64,000 nt of DNA, from positions 210 to 64,209 of the forward strand of contig MFHU01000004.1 of the NCBI GenBank assembly GCA_001778695.1, in the 5' to 3' direction. How positions within the stretch are numbered: the stretch's first letter is position 1; each line of letters begins with the position of its first letter. The position numbers were made by a program, and so were the translations under genes. Source of the stretch: Candidatus Giovannonibacteria bacterium RIFCSPHIGHO2_12_FULL_44_22. GTDB taxonomy: Bacteria; Patescibacteriota; Minisyncoccia; UBA11713; 2-01-FULL-45-33. Below are positions 55,634 through 64,000 of the stretch, piece after piece. A model generated the notes under the pieces. The model saw only the letters and a list, made by a program, of their open reading frames with translations. It ran no database searches and was not told where the DNA came from.

Positions 55634-56863
55634 ATGGAAAATCAAATGGAAAAAATAGTAAGCTTAGCCAAACGGCGCGGATTTGTGTTCCCGGGCTCGG
55701 AGATTTACGGCGGTTTTGCCGGAACATACGACTACGGGCCCTTGGGCGCGGAATTGGCGCATAACATCAAGGAACTTTGGTGGAACCATTTTGTAAGAAA
55801 TCATGAAGAGATGTTTGGGCTCGCAAGCAGTATTTTAATGCCGGAAGCGGTATGGAAAGCCAGCGGACACTTAGAAGGTTTCGCCGATCCATTCGGTGAA
55901 GGCCAGCGCTTTAATTTGATGTTTAAAACCGAAGTTGGGGCGACCAAACCCGAAAATGCTTATTTGCGACCGGAAATCGCGCAAGGGATGTTTACTAATT
56001 TTAAAAATGTTTTAAATACAATGTGCCCAGAATTGCCTTTCGGCATTGCCCAGATCGGCAAAGCTTTCAGAAACGAAATCGCGCCTAGGGATTTTCTTTT
56101 CAGAGTCCGCGAGTTTGATCTGATGGAATTTGAGTATTTTGTAAAAGAGTCGGAGTGGGAAAAATATTTTGAAAAATGGCGCAAGGAAATGTGGGCTTGG
56201 ATAGAACGCGTCGGAATTGATAAAGAAAAAGTGAACGAGCTTGAAGTGCCTAAAGAAGACCGGGCGCATTATTCAAAAAGAACTATTGATTTTGAGTTTG
56301 AATATCCCTTCGGCAAGAAGGAACTTTACGGCTTGGCTTACCGCGCCGATTTTGACCTCTCTAATCATATGAAGCATTCTGGGGTTGATTTGAGATATAC
56401 CGACCCTGCCTCAGGAGAAAAATTTATTCCGCACGTGATTGAGCCGACTTTCGGATTGGGGCGCACGGTGCTTGCGGTTTTACTTTCGGCTTACCGCGAA
56501 GACGAACTAGGAGGAGAAAAGCGCGTATATTTGGCATTCAAGCCGCAAATTGCCCCGGTTACTGCCGCTGTGTTTCCGCTTGTTAAAAACAAGCCGGATT
56601 TGATCGCGAAAGCAAGAGAAATTTATCAAAATCTTAAACGTTCCATGCTTTATGTTTCAAGTTTTACGATTGCCTGGGACGACAACGGCAACATTGGCAA
56701 GCGCTACCGCAGGCAAGATGAAATCGGCACGCCCTGGTGCGTGACGATTGACTACCAAACTTTGGGAGACGATACCGTCACCATCCGCGACAGAGATACT
56801 GGAAAACAAGAACGGCATCCAGTTGCCGAGCTTGATAAGTATTTTAAGGAGATGTTAAAATAG
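55634..56863 (+). CDS. glyQS: Glycine--tRNA ligase (alpha2 type)
   Basis: KRRGF..GSEIYGG, YLRPEIAQG, FRNEI.PR, IGKRYRRQDEIGTP; start may be 55646. Confidence 0.96.
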   Translation: MENQMEKIVSLAKRRGFVFPGSEIYGGFAGTYDYGPLGAELAHNIKELWWNHFVRNHEEMFGLASSILMPEAVWKASGHLEGFADPFGEGQRFNLMFKTEVGATKPENAYLRPEIAQGMFTNFKNVLNTMCPELPFGIAQIGKAFRNEIAPRDFLFRVREFDLMEFEYFVKESEWEKYFEKWRKEMWAWIERVGIDKEKVNELEVPKEDRAHYSKRTIDFEFEYPFGKKELYGLAYRADFDLSNHMKHSGVDLRYTDPASGEKFIPHVIEPTFGLGRTVLAVLLSAYREDELGGEKRVYLAFKPQIAPVTAAVFPLVKNKPDLIAKAREIYQNLKRSMLYVSSFTIAWDDNGNIGKRYRRQDEIGTPWCVTIDYQTLGDDTVTIRDRDTGKQERHPVAELDKYFKEMLK

Positions 56864-56887
56864 AAGAAGAAAATACAGGAGGAACAT

Positions 56888-57079
56888 ATGAAAGATATAA
56901 ATAATCGCTTGCATGAGATTTTGCGATTGGAATCAGAAGCGCTCAAAAGATGCGTAGATCTTGGCGAGCAGATAGAGTTGCTCCAAAAAGCCGATAAAGT
57001 GGCGATGGCCATGCGGGGGGTTGCCAAATTCAATGTGATAAAGGCGGTTTATAGGGAAGCCATCAATAAAGGCAAATAA
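56888..57079 (+). CDS. Small hypothetical protein
   Basis: AGGAGG SD and downstream hairpin plus T tract at 57088-57123. Confidence 0.55.
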   Translation: MKDINNRLHEILRLESEALKRCVDLGEQIELLQKADKVAMAMRGVAKFNVIKAVYREAINKGK

Positions 57080-57146
57080 ACAACAGCGGCTCGTTTCTAA
57101 AAAATGAGCCCATTTTTATTTTTGAAAAAGTGTGTTAAATTAAATC

Positions 57147-58895
57147 GTGGCGAAATTGAAGAAGGAAAATTTAATCGCGGGATGGCGCATCATCCTAAAA
57201 TATTTGAAGCCACATAAAGAGGCCGTTTTTGTTTTGGGCGTTTTTAGTGTAATTTCCGCGGTTGCCGACGCCAGCGTGCCGTATTTGGCGGGGAAAATAG
57301 TAGACAATATAAAAACGCCGGTGGCTTTTTATTTTATTGGCACATGGGTTTTGGTGAGAATATTAGGCGACGCGATAGATTGGAGATCCACATTGTTCAA
57401 TAACAAGCTACAAGGAAATTTAGAAAGCGAATATTTGGCGCATGGGCACGGTAAACTTTTAGAACTTTCGATGCCTTTTCATAAAACTCACAAGATGGGC
57501 GAGGTTGCCAATCGAATTTCTCGCGCTTCCAATTGGCTCAATAGTATTATTGGCGACGTGATAATTAATTTAGCCCCTCGGTTTTTGAGTATTATTTTCG
57601 CATTAGCTTTTGCTTTCTATATTAAGCCGGTGCTGGCGCTGGCCTTGATAGCGGGAGTTTTAATATATTGCTTTATTTTAACCAAAACCGCTCCCCAGAT
57701 TGCTGAGATGTCCCTAAAAATGCATCGCGCTTACAATATTGCCTATGGAGACGCGTATGATGCGGTTCTCAATGTACAGTCCGTAAAACAGGCTACGGCT
57801 GAAAATTATGAAAAGAAAAAAATGTATAGGAATTTTTTTACTCGAGCGTATGGTATTTGGTTTAACATGGAAAAACTCTGGAGCATGCTCGATATCTCGC
57901 AAAGAATTCTTGTAATTTTAGTACAGCTTTCGATTTTTATATTTTCCGTCGCTTTCGTACAAAATGGAACAATGACTATCGGTGAGTTGGTTATGTTTAA
58001 TGGATACGCCGCAATGTTTTTCGGCCCGTTTGTCGTTTTGGGAAACAATTGGAGGACAATTCAAAATGGGGTTGTAGCGCTAGAACGGGCCGAAAAAATT
58101 TTAAATTTGCCCACTGAACCGTATGTTCCGCAAAATGCAATAATTTTAGAAAAAGTTAGCGGCGGCGTAGAATTTCAAAATTTAAACTTTTCTTACAACA
58201 AAAAACAAGGAGAAATTTTAAAAAATATCTCTTTTAAAGTTTCGCCCGGGGAGAGTGTGGCTTTGGTCGGGGAATCTGGTGTCGGTAAAAGCACTCTGGT
58301 GGACTTGATTTCCTATTATTATAAACCGACTTCAGGAAAAATATTGATTGATGGGCACAATCTGAAAAATTTTGACCTTAAATTTTTGCGTTCGCAGATC
58401 GCGGTTGTGCCGCAGGAGATTCTGCTTTTTAACGATACCGTGAAAAACAATATCAGCTACGGAAGCTTTGGCGCGTCCGACACAAAAATACAAAATGCGG
58501 CCCGCCTTGCGCACGCCGATGAATTTATTGAAAATTTTCCCAAAAAATACGAACAGATGGTGGGAGAGCGCGGAATCAAGCTTTCCATGGGGCAGAAGCA
58601 GCGCGTTGCTTTGGCGCGGGCGTTTTTGAGGAATCCGAAAATTTTAATTTTGGACGAGCCGACCTCGGCTTTGGATGCAAAATCCGAGCGCTATATTCAG
58701 GACTCTTTCAAAGAGCTTATGCGTGGGCGCACGACTTTTATCATCGCGCATCGCTTAAGCACTGTGCGCGAAGTTGATGAAATTTTAGTTTTAGATCAAG
58801 GCGCTATTGTGGAACGAGGTTCGCATGACGCGCTTATCAAAAAGAAAGATGGAATTTACCGCAAGCTCTACGAACTCCAGCTTGGTTTCTCTTAG
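57147..58895 (+). CDS. ABC exporter (fused TMD and ATPase, MsbA-like)
   Basis: GESGVGKST, LSMGQKQR, DEPTSALD. Confidence 0.95.
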   Translation: MAKLKKENLIAGWRIILKYLKPHKEAVFVLGVFSVISAVADASVPYLAGKIVDNIKTPVAFYFIGTWVLVRILGDAIDWRSTLFNNKLQGNLESEYLAHGHGKLLELSMPFHKTHKMGEVANRISRASNWLNSIIGDVIINLAPRFLSIIFALAFAFYIKPVLALALIAGVLIYCFILTKTAPQIAEMSLKMHRAYNIAYGDAYDAVLNVQSVKQATAENYEKKKMYRNFFTRAYGIWFNMEKLWSMLDISQRILVILVQLSIFIFSVAFVQNGTMTIGELVMFNGYAAMFFGPFVVLGNNWRTIQNGVVALERAEKILNLPTEPYVPQNAIILEKVSGGVEFQNLNFSYNKKQGEILKNISFKVSPGESVALVGESGVGKSTLVDLISYYYKPTSGKILIDGHNLKNFDLKFLRSQIAVVPQEILLFNDTVKNNISYGSFGASDTKIQNAARLAHADEFIENFPKKYEQMVGERGIKLSMGQKQRVALARAFLRNPKILILDEPTSALDAKSERYIQDSFKELMRGRTTFIIAHRLSTVREVDEILVLDQGAIVERGSHDALIKKKDGIYRKLYELQLGFS

Positions 58896-58916
58896 ATAAC
58901 GTGTTAAAATTCTAAA

Positions 58917-60188
58917 ATGAAGTTTGAGAAGAGAACTTTTAAGAACGGCTTACGGTGCGTGGTAGCGCCGATGAAAGATACCCAGGCGGCGACTTTGTGG
59001 GCGCTTTTCGGGACGGGTTCAAAATACGAAATTAAAAAAACTAACGGCATTTCGCATTTTCTGGAGCATTTATTTTTTAAGGGCACAAAAAGCCGCCCTA
59101 AACCAGGACAAGTTTGGGAGGAACTTGATAGAATCGGCGCCCAAAAAAACGCTTTTACTTCTAAAGAATACACCGGTTATTACGTGAAAGCGGCTGCCAA
59201 GCATTTTGATATCGGACTGGATGTTGTCTCGGATATTTTATTGGAGCCGTTGTTTAAAAAAGAAGAAATTGAAAAAGAAAGAGGAGTAATTTTGCAGGAA
59301 ATCGCGATGTATGAAGATAACCCGCAACGCCAGGCCTATGATCTTTTTGAAGATTTAATGTATGGCGACCAGCCGGCAGGCTGGGATACTGCGGGGACGC
59401 CTGAAACGGTTAATAACATAAAACGCGATGATATTTTAAAATATAAAAACAGCCACTACCATGCTTCCAACGCAGTAGTCGCAGTTGCCGGGAACATTGA
59501 CCCCGAAGTTGCTTTTTCCAAGGTTGAGCGGGCTTTTAAAAACATGTCCGACGGCAGAAAAATTACGAAACTCAAAGTAAGGGAACGCCAAAAAAATCCC
59601 AGAGTTAAATTTAAGAAAAAAGATTTGGACCAAACTCATCTTAGATTGGGAGCGCGCTCCTATGAAATGTATGACGAAAGGCGCTACGCGCTTCAGGTTC
59701 TGGCTACGATTTTAGGAGGCAATTGTTCAAGTTATCTATGGAGAGAAATAAGAGAAAAACGCGGGCTGGCTTATTATGTGGGCGCATCTGCCGAAGAATA
59801 CACCGATTCTGGCTATCTTTTAGCAACCGCCGGCGTGGCTCATGAAAATTTGCCTAAAGCCGTAAAAAAAATTGTTGAAATTATGCGTCATCTTCGGACC
59901 AAAGGCGTGTCGGACAAAGAAATTAATTTTGCTAAGGAATATATCCGCGGTTCAATGGCTCTGGCTTTTGAAACAACCGACGAAGTCGCGACATTTTTAT
60001 CTTCCCAGGAGCTTTTTTATAAAAAAATAATGGCTCCGGAAGACATTTTAAGAAAGATTGAAGCCGTGAAAAGAAGTGATATTATAAAGGTAGCCAAGGA
60101 TATCTTCAGGCCGGAGAAAATCAACCTGGCGGCTATAGGTCCGCACGAAGAAGGCCAAGTTTATGAAAAAATATTAGCCCAAATTTAA
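58917..60188 (+). CDS. M16-family zinc peptidase
   Basis: HFLEHL.FKGT (HxxEH), IRE.RGLAY. Confidence 0.94.
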   Translation: MKFEKRTFKNGLRCVVAPMKDTQAATLWALFGTGSKYEIKKTNGISHFLEHLFFKGTKSRPKPGQVWEELDRIGAQKNAFTSKEYTGYYVKAAAKHFDIGLDVVSDILLEPLFKKEEIEKERGVILQEIAMYEDNPQRQAYDLFEDLMYGDQPAGWDTAGTPETVNNIKRDDILKYKNSHYHASNAVVAVAGNIDPEVAFSKVERAFKNMSDGRKITKLKVRERQKNPRVKFKKKDLDQTHLRLGARSYEMYDERRYALQVLATILGGNCSSYLWREIREKRGLAYYVGASAEEYTDSGYLLATAGVAHENLPKAVKKIVEIMRHLRTKGVSDKEINFAKEYIRGSMALAFETTDEVATFLSSQELFYKKIMAPEDILRKIEAVKRSDIIKVAKDIFRPEKINLAAIGPHEEGQVYEKILAQI

Positions 60189-60190
60189 TT

Positions 60191-61231
60191 ATGCCAAACC
60201 GCGAACAATTGATAGAAATTTCTTTCTGGACGATGCTTAAAGCGGCGCTTTTGGTGTTTTTGATATGGGCGCTTTGGGAGCTCCGCGATTTTATGGCGGT
60301 GATGCTGCTTTCCATTGTCATTGCTTCGGCCATTGAGCCGGCTAATCATTTTTTCGCCAGATACCGCATTCCGAGAGCGCTTTCTGTAATTTTTATTTAT
60401 CTGGCCGCGTTTTTGATTTTTGCTTTGGTATTTTATTTAATAATCCCGCCGCTTTTTGGCGACGTGCTGGATTTTCTTTCATTTCTGCCTTCTTACATTG
60501 ATCAGGCCGTTGGTCCGCGAGGGTCGCTATTTTTACTGTTTCCGGAAATTCCAAAAGAACTTAATGGAATTATAAAACAAGGCGCGATTTCTTTGGAAAA
60601 ATATGTTGTTGATGTTTCTCCGGGGCTTTTTTCGGTTGGTACGACTTTATTCGGAGGAATTGCGTCCTTTGTTTTACTTATCGTGATATCTTTTTATTTG
60701 TCGGTACAAGAACACGGTATAGAAAATTTCTTGCGCATCGTAACGCCCTTAGAGCATGAGGCCTATATCTTGGATCTCTGGCAAAGATCTCAGAGAAAAC
60801 TTGGCAGATGGTTCCAGGGGCAGATTTTGCTCGGCGTTTTGGTCGGGGTTATGGTGTTTTTAGGGCTTACCATTTTAAACATCAAATATGCGATTTCTCT
60901 GGCTATATTGGCGGCCATTTTTGAGATTATTCCTGTATTCGGCCCTATAATGGCTGCCATACCAGCCGTTGTCATAGCTTTTATCCAAGCGCCTCTTTCC
61001 GGGCTTATGGTTTTGGGGCTTTTTATAATCGTCCAACAATTTGAAAATCATCTGATTTATCCCTTGGTGGTGAGAAAAACTATCGGTGTGCCTCCTTTGT
61101 TGGTGGTGATTTCTTTGGTGATCGGCGGAACTTTGGGAGGATTTTACGGCATAATCCTTTCGGTGCCAACAGCCGCTGTTTTGGTTGAATTTTTAAATGA
61201 CATCGCTTCCCGAAAAGCGCGAGTAAAATAA
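60191..61231 (+). CDS. AI-2E family transporter
   Basis: IP.FGP, QQFEN.LI.P, G..GG..G..L.VP. Confidence 0.92.
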   Translation: MPNREQLIEISFWTMLKAALLVFLIWALWELRDFMAVMLLSIVIASAIEPANHFFARYRIPRALSVIFIYLAAFLIFALVFYLIIPPLFGDVLDFLSFLPSYIDQAVGPRGSLFLLFPEIPKELNGIIKQGAISLEKYVVDVSPGLFSVGTTLFGGIASFVLLIVISFYLSVQEHGIENFLRIVTPLEHEAYILDLWQRSQRKLGRWFQGQILLGVLVGVMVFLGLTILNIKYAISLAILAAIFEIIPVFGPIMAAIPAVVIAFIQAPLSGLMVLGLFIIVQQFENHLIYPLVVRKTIGVPPLLVVISLVIGGTLGGFYGIILSVPTAAVLVEFLNDIASRKARVK

Positions 61232-61281
61232 AAAAATAGGGCAGCGTTTGATTTCCGCTACCCAATTTAGGGCAAGAGATG

Positions 61282-61528
61282 TTAAGTCAGTCCCAGCCAA
61301 CTTGCTATGGACGCTGCTAGGACTGTGGCATTCTCAATTTGTACACCCACCCACATCATGGCGGTCCCGCCAATGTAATAAATTGGCCACAATATCACGG
61401 CAAAAATTCTCACTTGTTTATCTCTTTTTCCGATTACCGGAATTGTATTATTGGCTGTTACAACTTTTTCCAAAAAACCATGTGGTTCTTGCACAAAAGG
61501 AAACACTGAATAAAATTCTTTTAATCAT
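61282..61528 (-). pseudogene. Small membrane ORFan, possibly frameshifted
   Basis: SD-preceded ATG at 61528 reads 26 aa; the longer hydrophobic frame starts at GTG 61506. Confidence 0.4.
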
Positions 61529-61593
61529 AATAATTCCTTCCTTTTGGGTTTATTTGGTTGCTGAGCCTATTTTATCTAAGATCATCTAGCCAA

Positions 61594-61622
61594 AGTATAC
61601 ACCCAAAAAAGGCCATTGTCAA
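61594..61622 (-). promoter_or_regulatory. sigma70 promoter paralogous to 51653-51681
   Basis: Minus strand TTGACA-N17-TATACT with shared TTTGGGTG. Confidence 0.75.
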
Positions 61623-61728
61623 GCCCTAGATTTAGCTTTAATTTTGAGATAAAATTGCGGGATGGCGAAGAAAGAAAGATGCGAATATCGTTGTTGATTT
61701 TTAGTAGAGCGTTTGCTATGATAGATTT

Positions 61729-61935
61729 ATGAACGGCGTATCAATTTTAGAAAAGACAAAAGATTATGTAACACTACGGTTTCCAAGGCGAATAGCGGAT
61801 TCTTTGGACCTGGAAAAATTTGCCCAAAAACGGGCAAAAACCGAGGATGAAATTTTACGGAAATTAGAGGTTGGGATGGCGGAATATCATGCCGGGAAAA
61901 CAAGGAAACTTAAGTCATTTCGCGATTTACGATGA
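61729..61935 (+). CDS. Putative antitoxin
   Basis: ATGA overlap with the toxin; EYHAGKTRKLKSF. Confidence 0.65.
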   Translation: MNGVSILEKTKDYVTLRFPRRIADSLDLEKFAQKRAKTEDEILRKLEVGMAEYHAGKTRKLKSFRDLR

Positions 61936-62201
61936 AGCGGAAGATCAATGTAGAATATTCTAGCGGCTTTAAACGCGCTTATGGGAAGTTAGATAACATT
62001 ATAAAAAAGAAAACAGAGCGCAGGATTAGTATTTTTCTACAAGATCTATTTGATAAGAGGTTGGATACTCACAAGCTTCACGGAAAGCTCCAAAACTTTT
62101 GGGCTTTTTCTATTGATGATAAATACCGCGTTGTTTTTGGTTTTGTGAATGATATGCAAGCAGTGCTTTTAGACATAGATGATCATGACTTGTATCGTTA
62201 A
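61932..62201 (+). CDS. RelE/YafQ-like toxin
   Basis: LDTHKLHGKL...WAFSI..KYRV.F...HDLY. Confidence 0.85.
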   Translation: MKRKINVEYSSGFKRAYGKLDNIIKKKTERRISIFLQDLFDKRLDTHKLHGKLQNFWAFSIDDKYRVVFGFVNDMQAVLLDIDDHDLYR

Positions 62202-62213
62202 ATAAAAAACAAC

Positions 62214-63800
62214 ATGGCAGAAAAATTTTATATTACAACTTCCATCCCTTATTTAAACGCCCCGCCGCATCTGGGGCATGCTTTGGAATATTTGCAGGCG
62301 GATGTTTTGGCGAGACACCAGCGACTTTTGGGCAAAGATGTTTTTTTTCTTTCTGGAACGGATGAGCACGGAGCAAAAGTCGCGCGCACAGCGGAGACCG
62401 CCGGGAAAACGCCCAAAGAATTTGTTGATAACCTTGCCAAAATTTTTCAGGATTTGCTGGGAAAGCTTAGTATTTCCAATGATGACTTTCTCCGCACTTC
62501 CGACCAAGCGCGTCATTGGCCCGGCGCTCAGCTTCTTTGGGAAAAACTGGCCGCTTCCGGAGATATTTACAAAGGTTTATACAAAGGTCTTTACTGCGTG
62601 GGGCATGAAGCTTTTATCACTGAAAAAGATATGGAGGGAGGCATTTGTGTTCTCCATAAAAAATCGCCCGAAGCCGTGGAAGAAGAAAACTATTTTTTTA
62701 AACTTTCAAAATACACTAACCGCCTCAAAGAGGCTCTAATGAAAGGCGAGTTTCAAATTTTACCAGAGTGGCGAAAAACGGAAACATTAAATATGTTGAA
62801 AGAAATCGGCGATGTAAGTTTTTCTCGCCCCGCCAAAGATATTTCTTGGGGGGTGCCTGTGCCAGGAGATGCCACGCAAACAATTTATGTTTGGTCAGAC
62901 GCGCTTGCTAATTACTTGACCGGAATTGGTTTTGGAACTGAATGGACAGAATTTTCCGCCAAAGGCGGATCCGCCTCTGGCGGAAAAAAATACTGGCCGG
63001 CAGATGTGCATGTGGTCGGCAAGGATATTATGAAATTTCATACGATTTTTTGGCCGGCGATGCTGATGTCGGCAGGACTACCGCTCCCCAAAATTATTTT
63101 CGTGCACGGATTTATCAATATGAAAGGGGAAAAAATGTCCAAATCTTTGGGAAATGTCGCCGACCCTTTTCAGCTTTTGGAAAAATACGGCGCGGACGCG
63201 GTAAGATTTTATTTGGCGCACGAAGTTCCAGCTTTCGGGGACTCCGATTATTCCCTAGAACATTTTCATGAGGTTTACGAAGGGTTTTTAATGAATGGCT
63301 TGGGAAATCTTTTGAGCCGCACTGTGAAAATGATGTCTGTTTTGGGCGCCATTTCCCGGCCGGAGGAATCAGCTTTAGCCAGATATCCCATTAAAAAAAG
63401 TTTTAATTTTTTAATGAGCGAAGGAAAATCATGGTCTTTTGAGGAAGCCTCGCCTATGTCTTTGGCGGACGGCGCGCTTTGGCCGGCTTATCAAAAAGCA
63501 ATGGATTCCTATGACATATCTTCCGCCATAAAAAATGTCTGGATTTTTTTGGGAAGGCTGGACGAATATATTGAGGGTTACAAAGTTTACAAAATGGCAA
63601 AATCTAATCCCGAAGAAGCTAAAATTATTTTATGGCATCTGGCATATTCTTTGGCTTCCGTGGCTTGGATGATTAAGCCGTTTATGCCGGATACGGCAGA
63701 TAAAATTTTATCGGTTTTGGGAGTGACAGCTAATTCACGCGAGCCTTGGATAAAATTTTCAGCTAAAGAATCCGCGCATCTTTTTCCAAGAGTTAAATAA
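62214..63800 (+). CDS. metG: Methionine--tRNA ligase
   Basis: PY.NA.PHLGH, GTDEHG, YVW.DAL, KMSKS. Confidence 0.97.
   Translation: MAEKFYITTSIPYLNAPPHLGHALEYLQADVLARHQRLLGKDVFFLSGTDEHGAKVARTAETAGKTPKEFVDNLAKIFQDLLGKLSISNDDFLRTSDQARHWPGAQLLWEKLAASGDIYKGLYKGLYCVGHEAFITEKDMEGGICVLHKKSPEAVEEENYFFKLSKYTNRLKEALMKGEFQILPEWRKTETLNMLKEIGDVSFSRPAKDISWGVPVPGDATQTIYVWSDALANYLTGIGFGTEWTEFSAKGGSASGGKKYWPADVHVVGKDIMKFHTIFWPAMLMSAGLPLPKIIFVHGFINMKGEKMSKSLGNVADPFQLLEKYGADAVRFYLAHEVPAFGDSDYSLEHFHEVYEGFLMNGLGNLLSRTVKMMSVLGAISRPEESALARYPIKKSFNFLMSEGKSWSFEEASPMSLADGALWPAYQKAMDSYDISSAIKNVWIFLGRLDEYIEGYKVYKMAKSNPEEAKIILWHLAYSLASVAWMIKPFMPDTADKILSVLGVTANSREPWIKFSAKESAHLFPRVK
62955..62984 (+). repeat. 30-bp double-hairpin in-frame insertion (SAKGGSASGG)
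   Basis: TCCGCCAAAGGCGGA-TCCGCCTCTGGCGGA. Confidence 0.85.
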
Positions 63801-64000
63801 TGAAACCGAGATTAATAGATGTTCATACTCATACGCAGTTTGCGGAATTTGATATTGATAGAGACGCTGTGATTTGTCGCGCGCTGGATGCCGGCATTTG
63901 GATGATTAATGTCGGCACGGACCGGCGCATGTCAGAAAGCGCCATCGGACTGGCTTCTAAATATGAAATTGGGGTTTTCGCGACAGCGGGGCTTCATCCG
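63800..64000 (+). CDS. TatD-family DNase (5' part, runs off the window)
   Basis: MKPRLIDVHTH...INVGTD...AGLHP; follows metG. Confidence 0.88.
   Translation, partial: MKPRLIDVHTHTQFAEFDIDRDAVICRALDAGIWMINVGTDRRMSESAIGLASKYEIGVFATAGLHP

Noticed and set aside
55626-55649. 12-bp tandem duplication AAAATCAAATGG at the glyQS start
   Set aside because: Simple slippage is sufficient; no element between the copies, although an excision footprint cannot be excluded

Overview
This is a 64-kb core-genome segment, most likely from a Patescibacteria/CPR (Parcubacteria-like) bacterium. That assignment is inferred from rpmD (L30) missing between rpsE and rplO, an alpha2-type GlyRS, an IleRS with an inserted His-phosphatase domain, and few Shine-Dalgarno sites. 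The window carries the str/S10/spc ribosomal clusters through secY-adk-map, then galT-tpiA-pgk, rnhA, comEC, ndk, a P-type ATPase, polX, znuCB, infC-rpmI-rplT, smpB-ssrA, argS, ileS, recO, glyQS, metG and a partial tatD. Five toxin-antitoxin pairs, two GIY-YIG genes and several ORFans are interspersed. Four unexplained patterns stand out. (1) A covarying hairpin element (CCAGGTAGTGAA...TACTACCTGG; 67 or 135-137 bp) occurs six times, each directly before a start codon with an apparent TATG duplication, plus a 31-bp mini copy in frame in recO. (2) Four accessory cassettes sit between a gene end and a diverged relic copy of that same end. (3) Several short palindromic or heptamer repeat families are inserted in frame in essential genes. 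(4) A PaaX/Cas2-like gene is bracketed by two 37-bp palindromes. All calls come from reading the sequence and ORF track; no searches were run.
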